A stretch of 64,000 bases of DNA, from positions 68,294 to 132,293 of the forward strand of contig BFEA01000039.1 in NCBI GenBank assembly GCA_003427395.1. The letters run 5' to 3'. A model generated the notes under the pieces. The model worked only from the letters and a program-made list of their open reading frames with translations. It searched no databases and was not told the origin of the DNA. Source of the DNA: Chara braunii (Eukaryota > Plantae > Charophyceae). A program made the translations under genes and the position numbers. Below are positions 47,850-60,173 of this stretch, piece after piece. Position 1 is the first letter of the stretch. Each line of letters begins with the position of its first letter.

Positions 47850-48750
47850 CATCTGGATTCGAACTACCTTCTTTCCCCGAATAGAACGCCCGGTCATTCT
47901 AGCTGAATTTGTCACAACTTTCAGTCCAGCTGCAGCCTGCAGCGATAATGACCGGGCGTTCTATTCGGGAGAAGACGGTAGTAGGGCGTGCATTTCAAAC
48001 AGTTCATCATGAGTCTGTACCAACCGAGCTACCGTAGGGCCATTGGCAGCTCAATCATTCGACGCGCATTTCGATTTATGCGTGTCATCCTTGAAAGCGC
48101 AGGGGGCCATGCTAATCTCCTCTCTCTGTATCGTTCCAATTTTAACAGATGTCCCGAAGGACTTCGACGTGCATTTCAACAGATCATTAATGGGTTTAAT
48201 TCTGGGCATTCAGGGGAGTGGTTGGGCAGTGAAGAAAACGGCCAGCGTAGTGATCGGGCTTCGTTCGTTTCTGTTTACGGAATTTCTTTGTCCACGGTCA
48301 CGTCTATCTGGATTCCAACTACCGTCTTCACCCGAGTAGAACGCCCGGTCATTATAGCCGTATTTGATGCATTTTTCAGTCCAGATACGGCCATAATTAC
48401 CGGGCGTTCTACTCGGGTGAAGACGGTAGTAGGGCGTGCATTTCAACAATTCATGTGTGTGTACAAACCGAGCTACCGGAGGCCCATGGGCGGCTCAATC
48501 ATTCGACGTGCATTTCAACAGATCATGGGTTTAATTCTTTTTTGACGACGGCCTTGAGATATTATGATTGAGCTGACCGGCCGAAAGCAATTCATTAGTA
48601 GTTGGTTTTACTCGTCAAGTTCCATCATCTGGATTCGAAGACAGTTCTGTATTTCAACAGTTCATGTGTGTACCCACTGAGCTAGGCTCTTGGGTATATG
48701 GGTTTCATTCTGGGCATTCAGGAGAGTGGTTGGGCAGCGAAGAAAACGGC
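47850..48750. repeat. Composite tandem unit (2 full and 1 partial) with MITE copies 5 (47867-47978) and 6 (48322-48426)
   Basis: TCTGGATTC.AAC-[MITE]-TAGTAGGGCGTGCATTTCAA...CCGAGCTACCG...TCAATCATTCGACG repeated. Confidence 0.85.
48073..48162 (-). pseudogene. U6: Tailless U6 snRNA retrocopy with 15-bp TSD
   Basis: Starts at the U6 5' hairpin GTCCTTCGGGAC; TTCGACG(C/T)GCATTTC at 48058-48072 and 48163-48177; the empty site is present in the next repeat unit (~48501). Confidence 0.92.
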
Positions 48751-49435
48751 GGTAGCGGTAGGGATCGTGATTCGATCATGCGACGTGTTCGGGGATGTCG
48801 GCGAGTTCACAGACTGACTGATAAGGGGGGGACACGGCAAGGCCTGTGTCTTGACCTTCCTTTTTATTTATTTGTTTTTCCTTTTTATTTATTTGTTTTT
48901 CCTTTTTATTTATTTGTTTGGGGCGTAAAGAGGCTCGATCTTTCGCCGAATGGCAGGGAATGGCTGTGTGAGTGATCTCGCTGTCGGCATGGCATTATGG
49001 CATACGAGAATATTCATGCAACCGGCCGGGGTCAGGGGATTCATCTTGAGAGTCGTGGGGGGGTCGGGATACAAGGAGGGAGGGAGGAGGGTGTGGAGGA
49101 GTAGCAGATTACCAAAGGGTAGGGTTGGGGATCGGTATAGCACAAACGCTTTGCCTACTGGTAGTACCGGTCTGAAGAGCCGGCAGTTATCTTTCTTTTT
49201 TCTTTTTTTTTAAGTCCAGGTTGTTGCAGGGGCTGGCCACCAGGCATATGACAGTCCCTTCAGGAGTAGGAGGTGGCCATTCGATTCGGTCGTCCAGATG
49301 ATCGAAGAGAGACAGTGTCGAGGGGATTATGGTTGGGCGAGAAAGGGGATCATGAGGCACGGGGAAAGAGAGGGCAAGAGGAGAGCGAATACCACGGAGG
49401 AGGGCAGGGATCCAGCGATCGGGAGGCAGAACGGT

Positions 49436-49750
49436 GAGGAGTAGGAGGGCACAGAGGAGGAGGAGGAGGAGGAGGAGGAGGAGGAGACAGGAGGAGGAGT
49501 AGGAGGACACAGAGGAGGAGGAGGAGGAGGAGGAGGAAGAGACAGGCGGAGACAGGAGGAGGAGGAGACAGGAGACAGGAGACAGGAGGAGGAGGAGGAG
49601 GAGGAGGAGGAGGAGGAGGAGGAGGAGGAGAAGGGAATTGACATAATGCCAAGAAGAAGGCCAATGTGGGTCTTGGGAACCAAGGGATTGAGAGAGAGTT
49701 GGGAGTAGGACGGGCGAAGGAGTGACGGCAAGTAGAGGAGGAGGAGATGG
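49436..49750. repeat. (GGA)n low-complexity tract
   Basis: Directly visible. Confidence 0.95.
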
Positions 49751-51196
49751 GGATGGAGAAGCCGCCGTTGATATCCCGCAGGGTGGAGATCTGGATTTCA
49801 GACTACCGTAGACGGCGTAGAGGGAGGTGAAAACGGTGCCGAGGATGCGGGCAGCGATCTGAACGTCTGTCAGCTCGTCCTGTTCTCGTTAACAGTGTGC
49901 TGACGTGGCAGAAATGAGTTATTCTTTCGTTGTTAACAGACTTCTCTCAATTTCACCTTTCACTATCTACCTACCACTACTCCTAATAAGCCTATATCGG
50001 GGGACCCCTGCAAGCATAGCTACCAAGAGTACCCGACTAAAAAAAAGTATAAAAAATAAATAAATAAATAAATAAACAAAGAGAACCCGACATGCCTGAT
50101 GGCAGGTGTCCGCAGGACCAATGCACATGCCTCCTCTTCCCAAAAAAATATATAAAAAAATGCACACCTCTTCCTCCACTACTCACCCAATATGCAAACG
50201 ACAAAAAAAGAATGGCAGTGTATCTTGCCATGTTTTCTAGCTGAAGATTCATTCTCCTTTTGCACATTTGGTGAGTATATAGGAGCAAGGCCCTAAGTTG
50301 ACGAAGCTATAACTTCCAAGTCTCGCGAGTCTGCCACTGTCCCTTTTCTTTTTTTTTTTTTTTCTTTTTTTTTAAGACTGTCCCTTTTCAAAGTGCCCTG
50401 CCGCTTCTTCTTCTTCTNNNNNNNNNNNNNNNNNNNNNNNNNNNNNNNNNNNNNNNNNNNNNNNNNNNNNNNNNNNNNNNNNNNNNNNNNNNNNNNNNNN
50501 NNNNNNNNNNNNNNNNNNNNNNNNNNNNNNNNNNNNNNNNNNNNNNNNNNNNNNNNNNNNNNNNNNNNNNNNNNNNNNNNNNNNNNNNNNNNACAAAAAA
50601 AAAAAAAAAAAAAAAAAGGGACAATGGCCTGCAGCTTTGGCTACCTGACCAGGCCCGAAATCGAAATACTCGTCTACCCGGTATACGGGTATGAGCACTA
50701 CTACTTTTTTTTGGGGGGGGAGGAGGATAATAGCACTACTACTACTTTTTTATCCGGGGATAAGAACACTACTCCTTTTTTTTTACCTTTTTTTGGAAAG
50801 AAAACACACCTGCTTTATATTGCCAAGAGAAAACTACTTAGGCTCGTTTGAACTGCTGGTGGTAAGAGAAACTGCGCATGCTTCTCCCCTTTATTTTACT
50901 TCGTGTTAAATTAAAAAAAAAAAAACAGAATGCGAGATGCCTGATCTCCCACCCCGTTTCCCAGGGGCAGGAAAAGCGTATCTACACCCCTTTTATTCTT
51001 TTACATTCCTATAACGTTTGCTAATTCAGAGTGAGGAAGACTGATTTTCTGGTCACACACACACATCATGCAATCGTCCAGCTGAAGCCAATTGAAACTC
51101 GGCATGCTCCTCCCCTTTGATTCTTAATTAAAACCGACGAATGTTGTGACCCCCCTCATCTTCGACATGGTTCCCCAGGGCCGGCAAACCCATGCC

Positions 51197-51227
<31 letters not shown>

Positions 51228-51536
51228 GTGTGGAAAAACGACTGATGTTCTGGTCACACATCATGCAATCGTCCAGCAGCTGAAGACAAACTCAAGCGAG
51301 ATCCCACCACGCATCCTACGGTCGTTGCCGGCTGGCTGCAGTTATGCTTGTCTTAGGCCCCTTGGCTAGACAGTGTGATCACTTAAAATTATAAAGACAC
51401 TCCTCAGTGTTCATCAGCATACCATAAAAGAGTCATATCATCACATGTTACATTCACGGTATCGTCACCATAGCAGCCGCATGCCATTATACGTTCTATC
51501 TCACTGGATGTGGCGATTGGCCTGGCCGCAACGGTG

Positions 51537-51970
51537 TGGAGAGGAGGAGAGGGATGAAAGGGAGGGAAGAGGAAGAAGAGGGACAAGAGGGACAAGAGGG
51601 ACAAGAGGGAGAGAAAGAACGAGGAGGAGTACTGAAGAAGAAAAGGTGGCAATAGAGAGGAGGAGGAGAGATGGGAGCAGAGGAGGAGAATGAGACAGAG
51701 GGGATGGAGAAAGAGGAGGAAAGGTGGGAGGGAAATGTGGGAGGAGGAGGAAAGGTGATCGAGATGGAGAATGAGACAGGGGATGGAGAACAGAGAGGAG
51801 GAAGGTGGGAGGAGGAGGTGGAGGAGAAGGAAGAGAAGAAAGACGGGAGGAGAAAGGGTGGGAGGAGGAGGAGGAGGAGGAGGAGGAGAATGAAAGGCCG
51901 GGCGAAAAGGAGGAGGAGGAGGAGGAGGAGAAGGAGAAGGAAAGTCCGGTAAAAGACGCGTAGGAGGAGG
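51537..51970. repeat. GA/GGA-rich low-complexity tract
   Basis: Directly visible. Confidence 0.9.
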
Positions 51971-53738
51971 GGCGTGGCCATGGAACAGTGAAGCTTACCT
52001 ATGCACGACGGCTTCAGAGGTGAACGAAGGACGTCAACAAACGAGCGGCATGCGGCAACTACAACATGCGAACACGCTGATGCAAAACGGCGATGCCATG
52101 AACCAGTAAAATGATACTAAAATCACAAAGGTTAAAAAGACCACATGTAAATGCTTTCAAATTGGACATGCAAGCGGGAAATGTGGAAAGTTTTGCCACT
52201 TGGCTCCTCGCCGCACCAATCATCGGGTGTGAAAAGGACAAAAATAACGGCAGGTGTATCTTTCCTCCTTCTACCCGTAGATACGCTCTCCGTTTCGCAC
52301 ATTTGGCCCTTGGAGAGTAGGACAGTGGGGGCCGGCCTTGAGGGTCGAACTCCACCGTCCAGGAAGGAAACGGTAATGCTAAAAGATCATTACACCACCG
52401 GCCATTCTAAATACCCGCAATACCAAAAAGTCGTCGGCCTGATCGAACCGTGTAATCGGCTGGTATTGTCAAAATCGAAATGAAAAAGATGTGCCCAGCT
52501 GAAGGAACCAGCCTCGGTAATTGGACTTCCCTTGTGGCACCCCAGCAGTCAAACCACCGGTACTTCCGGGGCGAACAAGAAAAATGGTGAGCGCTCGCAG
52601 AGCTCTGCTGAGCCTCGTGGAGGGGGTGGTGCCTCGGTCGAGACACAAATGTTTTGGGGCCCCAGCCTCCGTCAGGAACCAGAGGTCGGACCTGTGATTG
52701 CACATTTCCGTACAAGTGGCAGTACAAAGGCCATAGGGGCCTCTGGGAAGGGAAGGTGGCCTATCCTGTCAGGACAACCATCGCGCTGCCAGCGATCACC
52801 ATGGGTCGAGTCCTTGGCCTCTACAAAACCCTGGGCTTCTATTAAAAAAAAAAAAATGCCATAGGGGCTGGAAGGATCTTCCTTAGCGCATGCCAAGCGC
52901 TAAGCGGCACAAACGTTGTATGGCATCGTTCAAGTTGGCTGTAACTGGATGACATTTATGGGAAATAGTCGAGCCCTAGCCTCATGGATGAAGGGTCGTC
53001 TAGTGACGATGTCGAGCACATCAGTCCCGCAGGGGGACCCTCCCGGCCGCGTCACGCAGGATTTTTGCAGGACTTTTTTCGTGAGGGAGCTTTCGTCGCT
53101 CCGACCGAGTGCACCAACCACACCTCTCGCGAACGCCTACGACAGGATAGGGGTCATGAGAGGCACAACTTACCTCTACCCAAGGGGCTGTCACAACTCT
53201 TGGATTTGCGTATCCCTGCCGAGCTATCAAACCACGTGCAAAAGTTGCTCGGGTGCAATCGCAGAGGAGGCCTAGCCGACGCCGTTTCTCGTACACTGTA
53301 GCATAGCGGGTACGTGCGGTCGAAAGCCTTAATCGGACCCGTTCGCAAACCGATGCTTTGGGAGCTGATCTCCCAAGCGTGGATCTGCACCGGTCGACTA
53401 AAATGGTTCATCTAATCACGCGATACGCTTTACAAAATAAAACCAAACTCCAAACATAATTCGTATTTAGTCTCTTTTTCACGTCCGACCCATAACCTTT
53501 TGACAATAGAAATAGACGGGTGTCGCGCTGTCATACCAAATACCCTTACAAAGGTATTTGGTGTACTTTTTGCAAGTCACTCCTAGCGCGGCCTCGTTCA
53601 ATGTTGACAGCTTGGACGTGGGGGAAAGTTGAATCTTCCCCCGGGTGAGTGCGGTGCGCGATGTGTGGAGGGTGAAGCGAGGTCCTCTAAGACCTAAGGG
53701 TATGTGACGTCGAAGAACACCAGCAATGGCCCCCGCTT

Positions 53739-53775
<37 letters not shown>

Positions 53776-53790
53776 TTTCCCCAAAAAATC

Positions 53791-53836
<46 letters not shown>

Positions 53837-53960
53837 CGATGTCCCAAAGAACTCCTCGTTTCTTGTTCTTTCAGTTTTTATTTTATTTTTATTTTTTATT
53901 GTTATTTTATTCCAACAGGGCTTGGCATTGGCTCCGAGGCCGGAGATGTTACCAACCGAC

Positions 53961-54270
53961 GATAGCTCAATTGGTACACCAGTGACCTATAGAGATACAG
54001 ACCTGAGTTCGAACCCCACTAGAGGTTGCGGAGTGGGAGTTTTATGGCCTAAGTGAAATACCACTACTTTAACGGTTATTTTACTTATTTTCGTGAGGTA
54101 GAGTCGGGACTTGTCCTTGCTTCTCGATCCAAAGTGCAGGCCTCGTGGCCTGTTCAATTAAAGTGAAAGACCTTTTTAAGTGAGGACTTTGGCTGGAATG
54201 GAACATCTATTAAAAGATAACGATGTCAGAGCAGAAACCCTTACGAGGGTATCTGCTCGAGATTTTCGAT
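53961..54270 (+). mobile_element. SINE-like composite: tRNA-derived head plus degenerate 28S/25S rRNA segment
   Basis: A box TAGCTCAATTGG (53963) and B box GAGTTCGAACC (54005); then GTGAAATACCACTACTTT...TTATTTTACTTATT and TTTGGCTGG...CATCT.TTAAAAGATAACG, matching LSU rRNA. Confidence 0.75.
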
Positions 54271-55500
54271 CTCGGGCATTGTCCGACTGATGGTAAAATT
54301 TTGTTTGAATGGATTCACTTAATGAGATTCATGTATTTGTCAAATTGATTGAAAGTGTATCTACGACCAAATGGCTAAAACGTTTTTACCTACATTTGGA
54401 CATTTGCGGCATGCGAGAGCGACGACAAGGATTGGTAGCGTGACCATCCGGCCTCGCATTGACAAGGTTACAGAGGCAAACAACCATTTAAATACTAAAT
54501 CTAAATTTATTATATATAGAATAGTGACATGCGACTTAGCAGCCGCGCGATTTAGGGTTTAAGTGACAAAAAAAAAAACGGTCTCATTGCTTGTGCGATC
54601 ATGGTGAGAAAGGCGCGGGGGTTAATAAACTTTTGCTCTTAAAACTGCCCCGTTAAGGCTTGAACCCGCATCAAAATGATATGGGGTCAGCGTGCTGCCC
54701 TACAAGGTTGGGCACGCGTCTGATATGGGGATGGGTGGCCAGCTGGCAGGAGGCTAACATCTATCGGCTTAGAAACCTTGACAAGGGTATGTGCCCTGTA
54801 TTTTCAATGTCAGACATTATTCGGTCTCTTAAATAAATTTTGCTTAAGATATTTGACTTGATGAAAAAGAAAATTTTCCCAAAGTCTATTCTGACTCATC
54901 CTTTGATTAAGAACTCAAAGTTTTTGTGCTTAAAAACAAACATCTAACTACCAACAAATATAACGGAAAGGGTGGACGGTGTGACCGATTTTTTCTTTGC
55001 GTAAATGGAGCGGAGAGGCAGTCGATAGTAGAAATACTGAATTTAAAGTTTATTTTGTTTCAAATTATGACGCGTGATTCAAACTCAAAAGGTTCAGACC
55101 TATTTTATGTAAGAGATTGCCCCGTCGGGACTCGAACTAGCGCCGATGAGTTGAAAGGTATGCGTTCTGCTCTAATGGCATAGGCACGTGCTTGCTTCGA
55201 TAGACGACGATAGGCAGTTTGAATAGCAGGGGCAGGCGGAGACCTGTTGGACTGTATGATAAATATTCATGTCGGGCACAACCTTCATATCGAAGGGTTG
55301 TTCTTATCTGATGCGAAATAGGCGCTAGCCCAGTAGGATAACATGTGAGATTCTCACCCAGTGAATATCGGGATCCAACCCGACAGGATACCACTTGGGC
55401 TAGCTCCTTTTGGAGCAGCCCACCGAGAAGAACATGAGGCCCGATCGATTTCTACCGTGAAATCATCCGATCGCACAATCGAAATCGACCACGCGGAGAA

Positions 55501-55546
55501 TAGCATGACCCCTAGGCAAGGATGACATGCATAAATCGAAAAAATG
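55501..55546 (+). pseudogene. U6: U6 snRNA 3'-half fragment
   Basis: TAGCATGACCCCTAGGCAAGGATGACATGCATAAATCGAAAAAATG versus U6 TAGCATGGCCCCTGCGCAAGGATGACACGCATAAATCGAGAAATG. Confidence 0.8.
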
Positions 55547-55993
55547 TCTGGTTCGATTCCCCGAGGAATCTAATTTGAACTTGTGTATTAACAAACCCAT
55601 ATGCGGGCTCCGAGTGGAAGGTCGTTGGCCTCGTGCCAACGAATTAAAAAAAAAAAAAAAAAAGTCAAACGACATGTGGCACGTTACGAATTGATAGGGA
55701 CTTACAGTCTTTATGGATGGTTGTGAGTACTCGTGATAACGGGCAACCGTTCCTCAGTAGGTAAGTTTTGTTCTTTCTTTTATTTCTAAATCCATCTTTT
55801 AAAATTTTGTTTTATTTTTTTTTCTTTTTCTTCTTTAAATCTATTTTTCTCGTTTTTTTGCGAGATGCACTACGCTTGTTCGTCTAAAAGAACGGCCTGC
55901 AAAAGATAAAATGAACAAAATTGAATGAATCTACCACTAAAACATGAAAACATACACTATTACGTTTGCGTGTGTGTGTGTGTGCCTGTAGGG

Positions 55994-56035
<42 letters not shown>

Positions 56036-56725
56036 AAAAAAAAACACGTGAAGTCTTCAATCCCGACGCGGACCTCATGTTACTTCCATCGATAGAATAG
56101 GCAACATCAGAATGAATTTGCATCCAGAACATGGAAATATTCACTACCACTCGTGGCTTGCCCCACCCCGTTCGGCCTGGATTTGAACTTGGGTCTGTAT
56201 TTCAATAGACGAGGACGAGGCGTGCAGATAAGTGGTTTCTGCTATTCGTTTTTTCCTTTTCCTTTTTTTTTTTGTCTTGTCATTCCCCTCCTTTGTTTCG
56301 TGGCCGTTGGGGAGTGGGAATCGAAAAAATAGAGAAGGGGGTTTAACTAGGAAAAAAAAAAAAAAAAAAAAAAACGAGGCAGATTGCTTCAAGGTTGGGA
56401 AAGAAACAATCGATCCGGCTGTGTGGGAGCGTAATGGCTCCCACTTCGTTTATAAGCAATTTTTTGTGGTGACGAGATCTTGGATCTCACGGCTCACTGC
56501 GTGCGCGTGAAAGGGAGGAGTTGGAAAAGGGGAGGACCTATATTTCCCAACCTGACAACAACGCTCTCCGTTTTCAGGGGAGGGCAAATAAAAGTAAGGA
56601 GGGGGTTGTTGCATGCAACACCATGACCCTAGCTAAAGTAAGGGTCAGACGGGTGTGGTTAGAATCATTTTTTTTTCTTTTGATTATTTTCTTTCGTACC
56701 TCTGACAGAAACTGCCAAAGGTATA

Positions 56726-57286
56726 TGATATGATATGATGGTAGTCTCACACAGATGTAACTAACAGTAGTAACACACACAGTGTAGCACAACACAGGTG
56801 ATACTAGTAGCACACAGTGTAGAAAGACGCGGTCATCGTAGTGACAGTAGACATGTGATGTAAAACCAGAGGGTTTTTCCCACTTGCAAAGCCAAGAAAC
56901 CCAGAAACCGCTGCTTACCACACGCCAACTGCGGGCGATAGTTTACAGTCGTCACGGTCGACCATCGGCCGCAGAACCCAAGAGGCCCATTACCACTGTC
57001 TACGTATTTATAGTCCATTCGACAAAAAGTGGATGGGACAGGTCCCTCCTTCAAGGTGGGACTGTCCAAACAAGAAACTTCCAGACGGTACCACGCCGGT
57101 CCGACTGGACCAAAAACATAGTGTCCCCGGTCCTAACTAGGAATCAGTCAAAACCACAGAGCAAAGTTTACTTATACCTCAGAACTACCTTCAAAAATTC
57201 GAATACAAATAAAAGAAGCCAAAACAGACAAAATACACAACATATACTAGAAGATAAGCATCCGAGATCCAAACCCTGTCCTAACA
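56726..57286 (-). repeat. LTR-like direct repeat (left)
   Basis: TGATATGA...TCCTAACA termini; CTATAAATA TATA-like box on the minus strand near 57005-57013; highly similar to the right copy. Confidence 0.9.
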
Positions 57287-57353
57287 GATCGGATACGAGG
57301 GCTCAATACCTGTTCACCCTCGTCCGAGGACCAGCAAGCAGTGTTGCCCAGCC

Positions 57354-58600
57354 TCAAGTGTCACAAATCAGGTTCGTGGTTTTCCTCCATAGCCCATCTC
57401 TTCTGCTTTCAAATCGTCGGAACACCCGATTTACAAATCTCTCTTGGAAGTCCTTCTTCATTAATTCTTGTTGAAGCCCCAAAACCTTCACCGGTATCTC
57501 TGAACGTATCGAGGTGTTCCAATCGATACGGTGAAGGTGGCTTCTGATGACTGCGTTTTTTTGCTTCTTACTACCCCATGAAAAGAAGGATTGACCATTC
57601 TGGATCTTCAGTGGTTCATCAAACCAAATACTGGATTTGTTCCTGGACAACTGTACACTTCCTAGAAATGGGAAGTTTTGTTTCGTACGAATCTTACATC
57701 CCAGGAAATTCAAAGTTCCTATTCTGTCATCGGTCCTCTTTAATGTCAAGGTGTCCGGATAACAATCCGCAAGAGCATCGAAGATTACCGACCTCATTGT
57801 CTCATCTCTACTAGAGATCACGAGTAGAACATCATCAATCAATCTTAAAGCTCCAAAACAGCGAGACAGTCGTCCCAGAGTACAGGTCATCTGATACTCA
57901 GAAAACGCACACATGATGCATGCGATGGGAGGACTCATATTCTTACCCATAGGTACACCAAGTTCCTATTTTAGCAGGACACCTGTAGCGTAGCAATAGG
58001 TATGATTAACCTCAATCTGCACAAATTCCTGAATATCATCCAGGTCAAACTTCTTCCAATGGTCAGCGTCCGTAGTAGTACCAAAAGTCGCCCCCTTACC
58101 TCGGGTGTTAACACGAACTGAGTCGACACCCTTGGATTTAAAGTGATCGACGATCCAGTCAATGAATTCTAGAAGTATCCTATGCGGCAATTTACTAAAC
58201 ATCTCCTTCACATCGAAGGAGTAGGAAGTAACTACCCGTTCATCGCCGAGTCTATTCAGTTTTTTATTGATGTCATCAAGTCGAGATGTCAAGTCCGAGA
58301 CCGACCGCAAGTTAAAGTGCCACTTTTTTGGCAAATTATATAGTAAGTGATTCAATGCCTTACTCACCAGCCGAGCGGTCCGAACTGTCGGTTCCATGAA
58401 CGATAGGCAAATTGGTCTAAATCGGCTCAGATGCTTGTGTTTAGGAACAACATAGGCAGCGCCGATTTTTCCCTTGCTGTCCCATTGGACAACCTTACTT
58501 AGATTAGATCGATTCAGGTTCTCTCTCAATTCCCTCAGAGCGTCTGCTTCAGAATAACTGACAATACGGTAACTAGGATTACACACAAAGGTTTGCATCT
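57354..58600 (-). pseudogene. Penelope-type reverse transcriptase
   Basis: AYVVPKHK...RPIC, YSFDVKEMFSKLP, *ELGVPMGKNMSPPIA, RLIDDVL and LNFLG motifs; internal stop at 57966. Confidence 0.9.
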
Positions 58601-59213
58601 CTCGATGTTTTCGGGAGCGATTCATTCTTAACTTAGCTTCTTACCTTACGTTCTGAATTAAGTACGATGACCATGTGGTGATCTCAAAAGTGAGAAAGGT
58701 AGCCAACGATGTTTTGATGAGTTGTCAATTACCTCAGTGTTTCACCCTTCGTGCGAGAAGGAAAATTCGTATCGTAGGCACTAAGAATCCCACGATCGTC
58801 GATTTGTTGCACAACCACTGAAGAGCTTCCTCATCTGGTGTGCTCATCTGTAACTGTACGGGTTCGTATTTCCCTCGCGTGAATGGTCATGTGATGTTTC
58901 GACTGAGTGAGGTAGCCGATTTGCACCCACTCCTGGCGAATGCGAAGAATATCCCTTGTGTCGAGTGTGCAGACAGACTTAGCCTCCTACGACAAGAAAT
59001 CAGAGAGGGTTTTCGTAGTTGGAAGAATCTGAATGGTTTTGTCTACTCTGATTTGGATTTGTCTACGTGCATTGCTCACACAGACCACGAGACCCACTGC
59101 GTCTCTGTGAAAGATGTGTTGACTGTGAAAGAACGTTTTGACGGATTGGTATTTGCTCCTGTGGATAGGAATCCGGGTGAATCTGTAATATTGTGCCCCG
59201 GTACGTATTTGTT
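58596..59213 (+). pseudogene. Inverted block A: PLE linker between GIY-YIG and RT
   Basis: KIRIVGTKNPTIVDLLHNH...CNC...GHV...VDRNPGESVILCP; a pre-RT region that reads on the opposite strand to the RT. Confidence 0.75.
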
Positions 59214-60035
59214 CGGGTTTTTCGGGATTGATTTTTTGAATAACGAGAGTATTATATATGCAGCGATTTCAGCTTATTGTAAGCATTCCTACGTTGGTAA
59301 AACCACATGAACCTGTGACGTCAGATGGCGAGAGCATCCCTACGCGGTTAGGAAACGGACTCAGTCCCATTTTCATCAATGGATCTCTTCCTTTGGCTTC
59401 GGGAACTATGTTTTGCTTCCAGTTGATATGCTTGCTGGTCGGGATCTGATCAGACTTGAGGAACTGTATATTGGAAGGTGGTCACCGTTCCTCAATATTG
59501 TGGGGACAAAGGTCTCTAAAAAGTCGAAGAAAAGGAAACCAGGTCGTAAAGAGAGGATTAAGAGTAAGGGGCATCCGACTCGCTTACCTCAGTTTCGAGG
59601 AGTCACACCTGTTCGATTCCGATGTATTGATAATGATGTCGCCTTCCTCGACCTTTATGCTTTTCTGGATTCTTATCTTGAATCGGGGACTCTTCCTATT
59701 CAGATGAGATCTGATGGTGGCACGGATTGGATCCCGAAATGAAAGAAGTTGTCCCGTATGTTTGGTGAAAGTAAAGTGAAACATGATTCCATATGCCGAC
59801 CGCTGAAAGATTGCAAAGCTTTGTGGGAGAAGGGGGGTGATTTTTAGATCTTGCATATTGTAAAATGGAAGACTAAGTGTAAATACCTGAAGAACTTACT
59901 GGTGGGTATACTACGGAATCCGAGAAAACTGGATGATGTCTACAAGTGGGGTATAAAATCTATCCTCCGTTTGTATCGAGTTATTAAAGACTTTTCAAAG
60001 AAGTCCACACGACCGACATATCTTTGCAACCATCT
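59214..60035 (+). pseudogene. Inverted block B: GIY-YIG endonuclease region
   Basis: IIYAAISAYCKHSYVGKT...RWREH...LEELYIGRWSPFLN carries the GIY-YIG Y/YxG/R/H/E/N pattern. Confidence 0.8.
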
Positions 60036-60173
60036 AACCCGACCATTCAAGGCTAACGATATGACGATGAAACGTAGCAGCTTCTCCAATTTCTTATCGA
60101 TACATACCTGAGAACAACGTTTACTGGTGATATATCTACAAATATCCAGCCCGCGGTAGTCCGGAATATCACA

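Noticed and set aside
52050-53700. GC-balanced coding-looking region with overlapping short ORFs
   Set aside because: No motif I could recognise in any frame; needs BLASTX.
53961-54270. Functional tRNA or rRNA gene
   Set aside because: No proper cloverleaf, and the LSU segment is short and heavily diverged.
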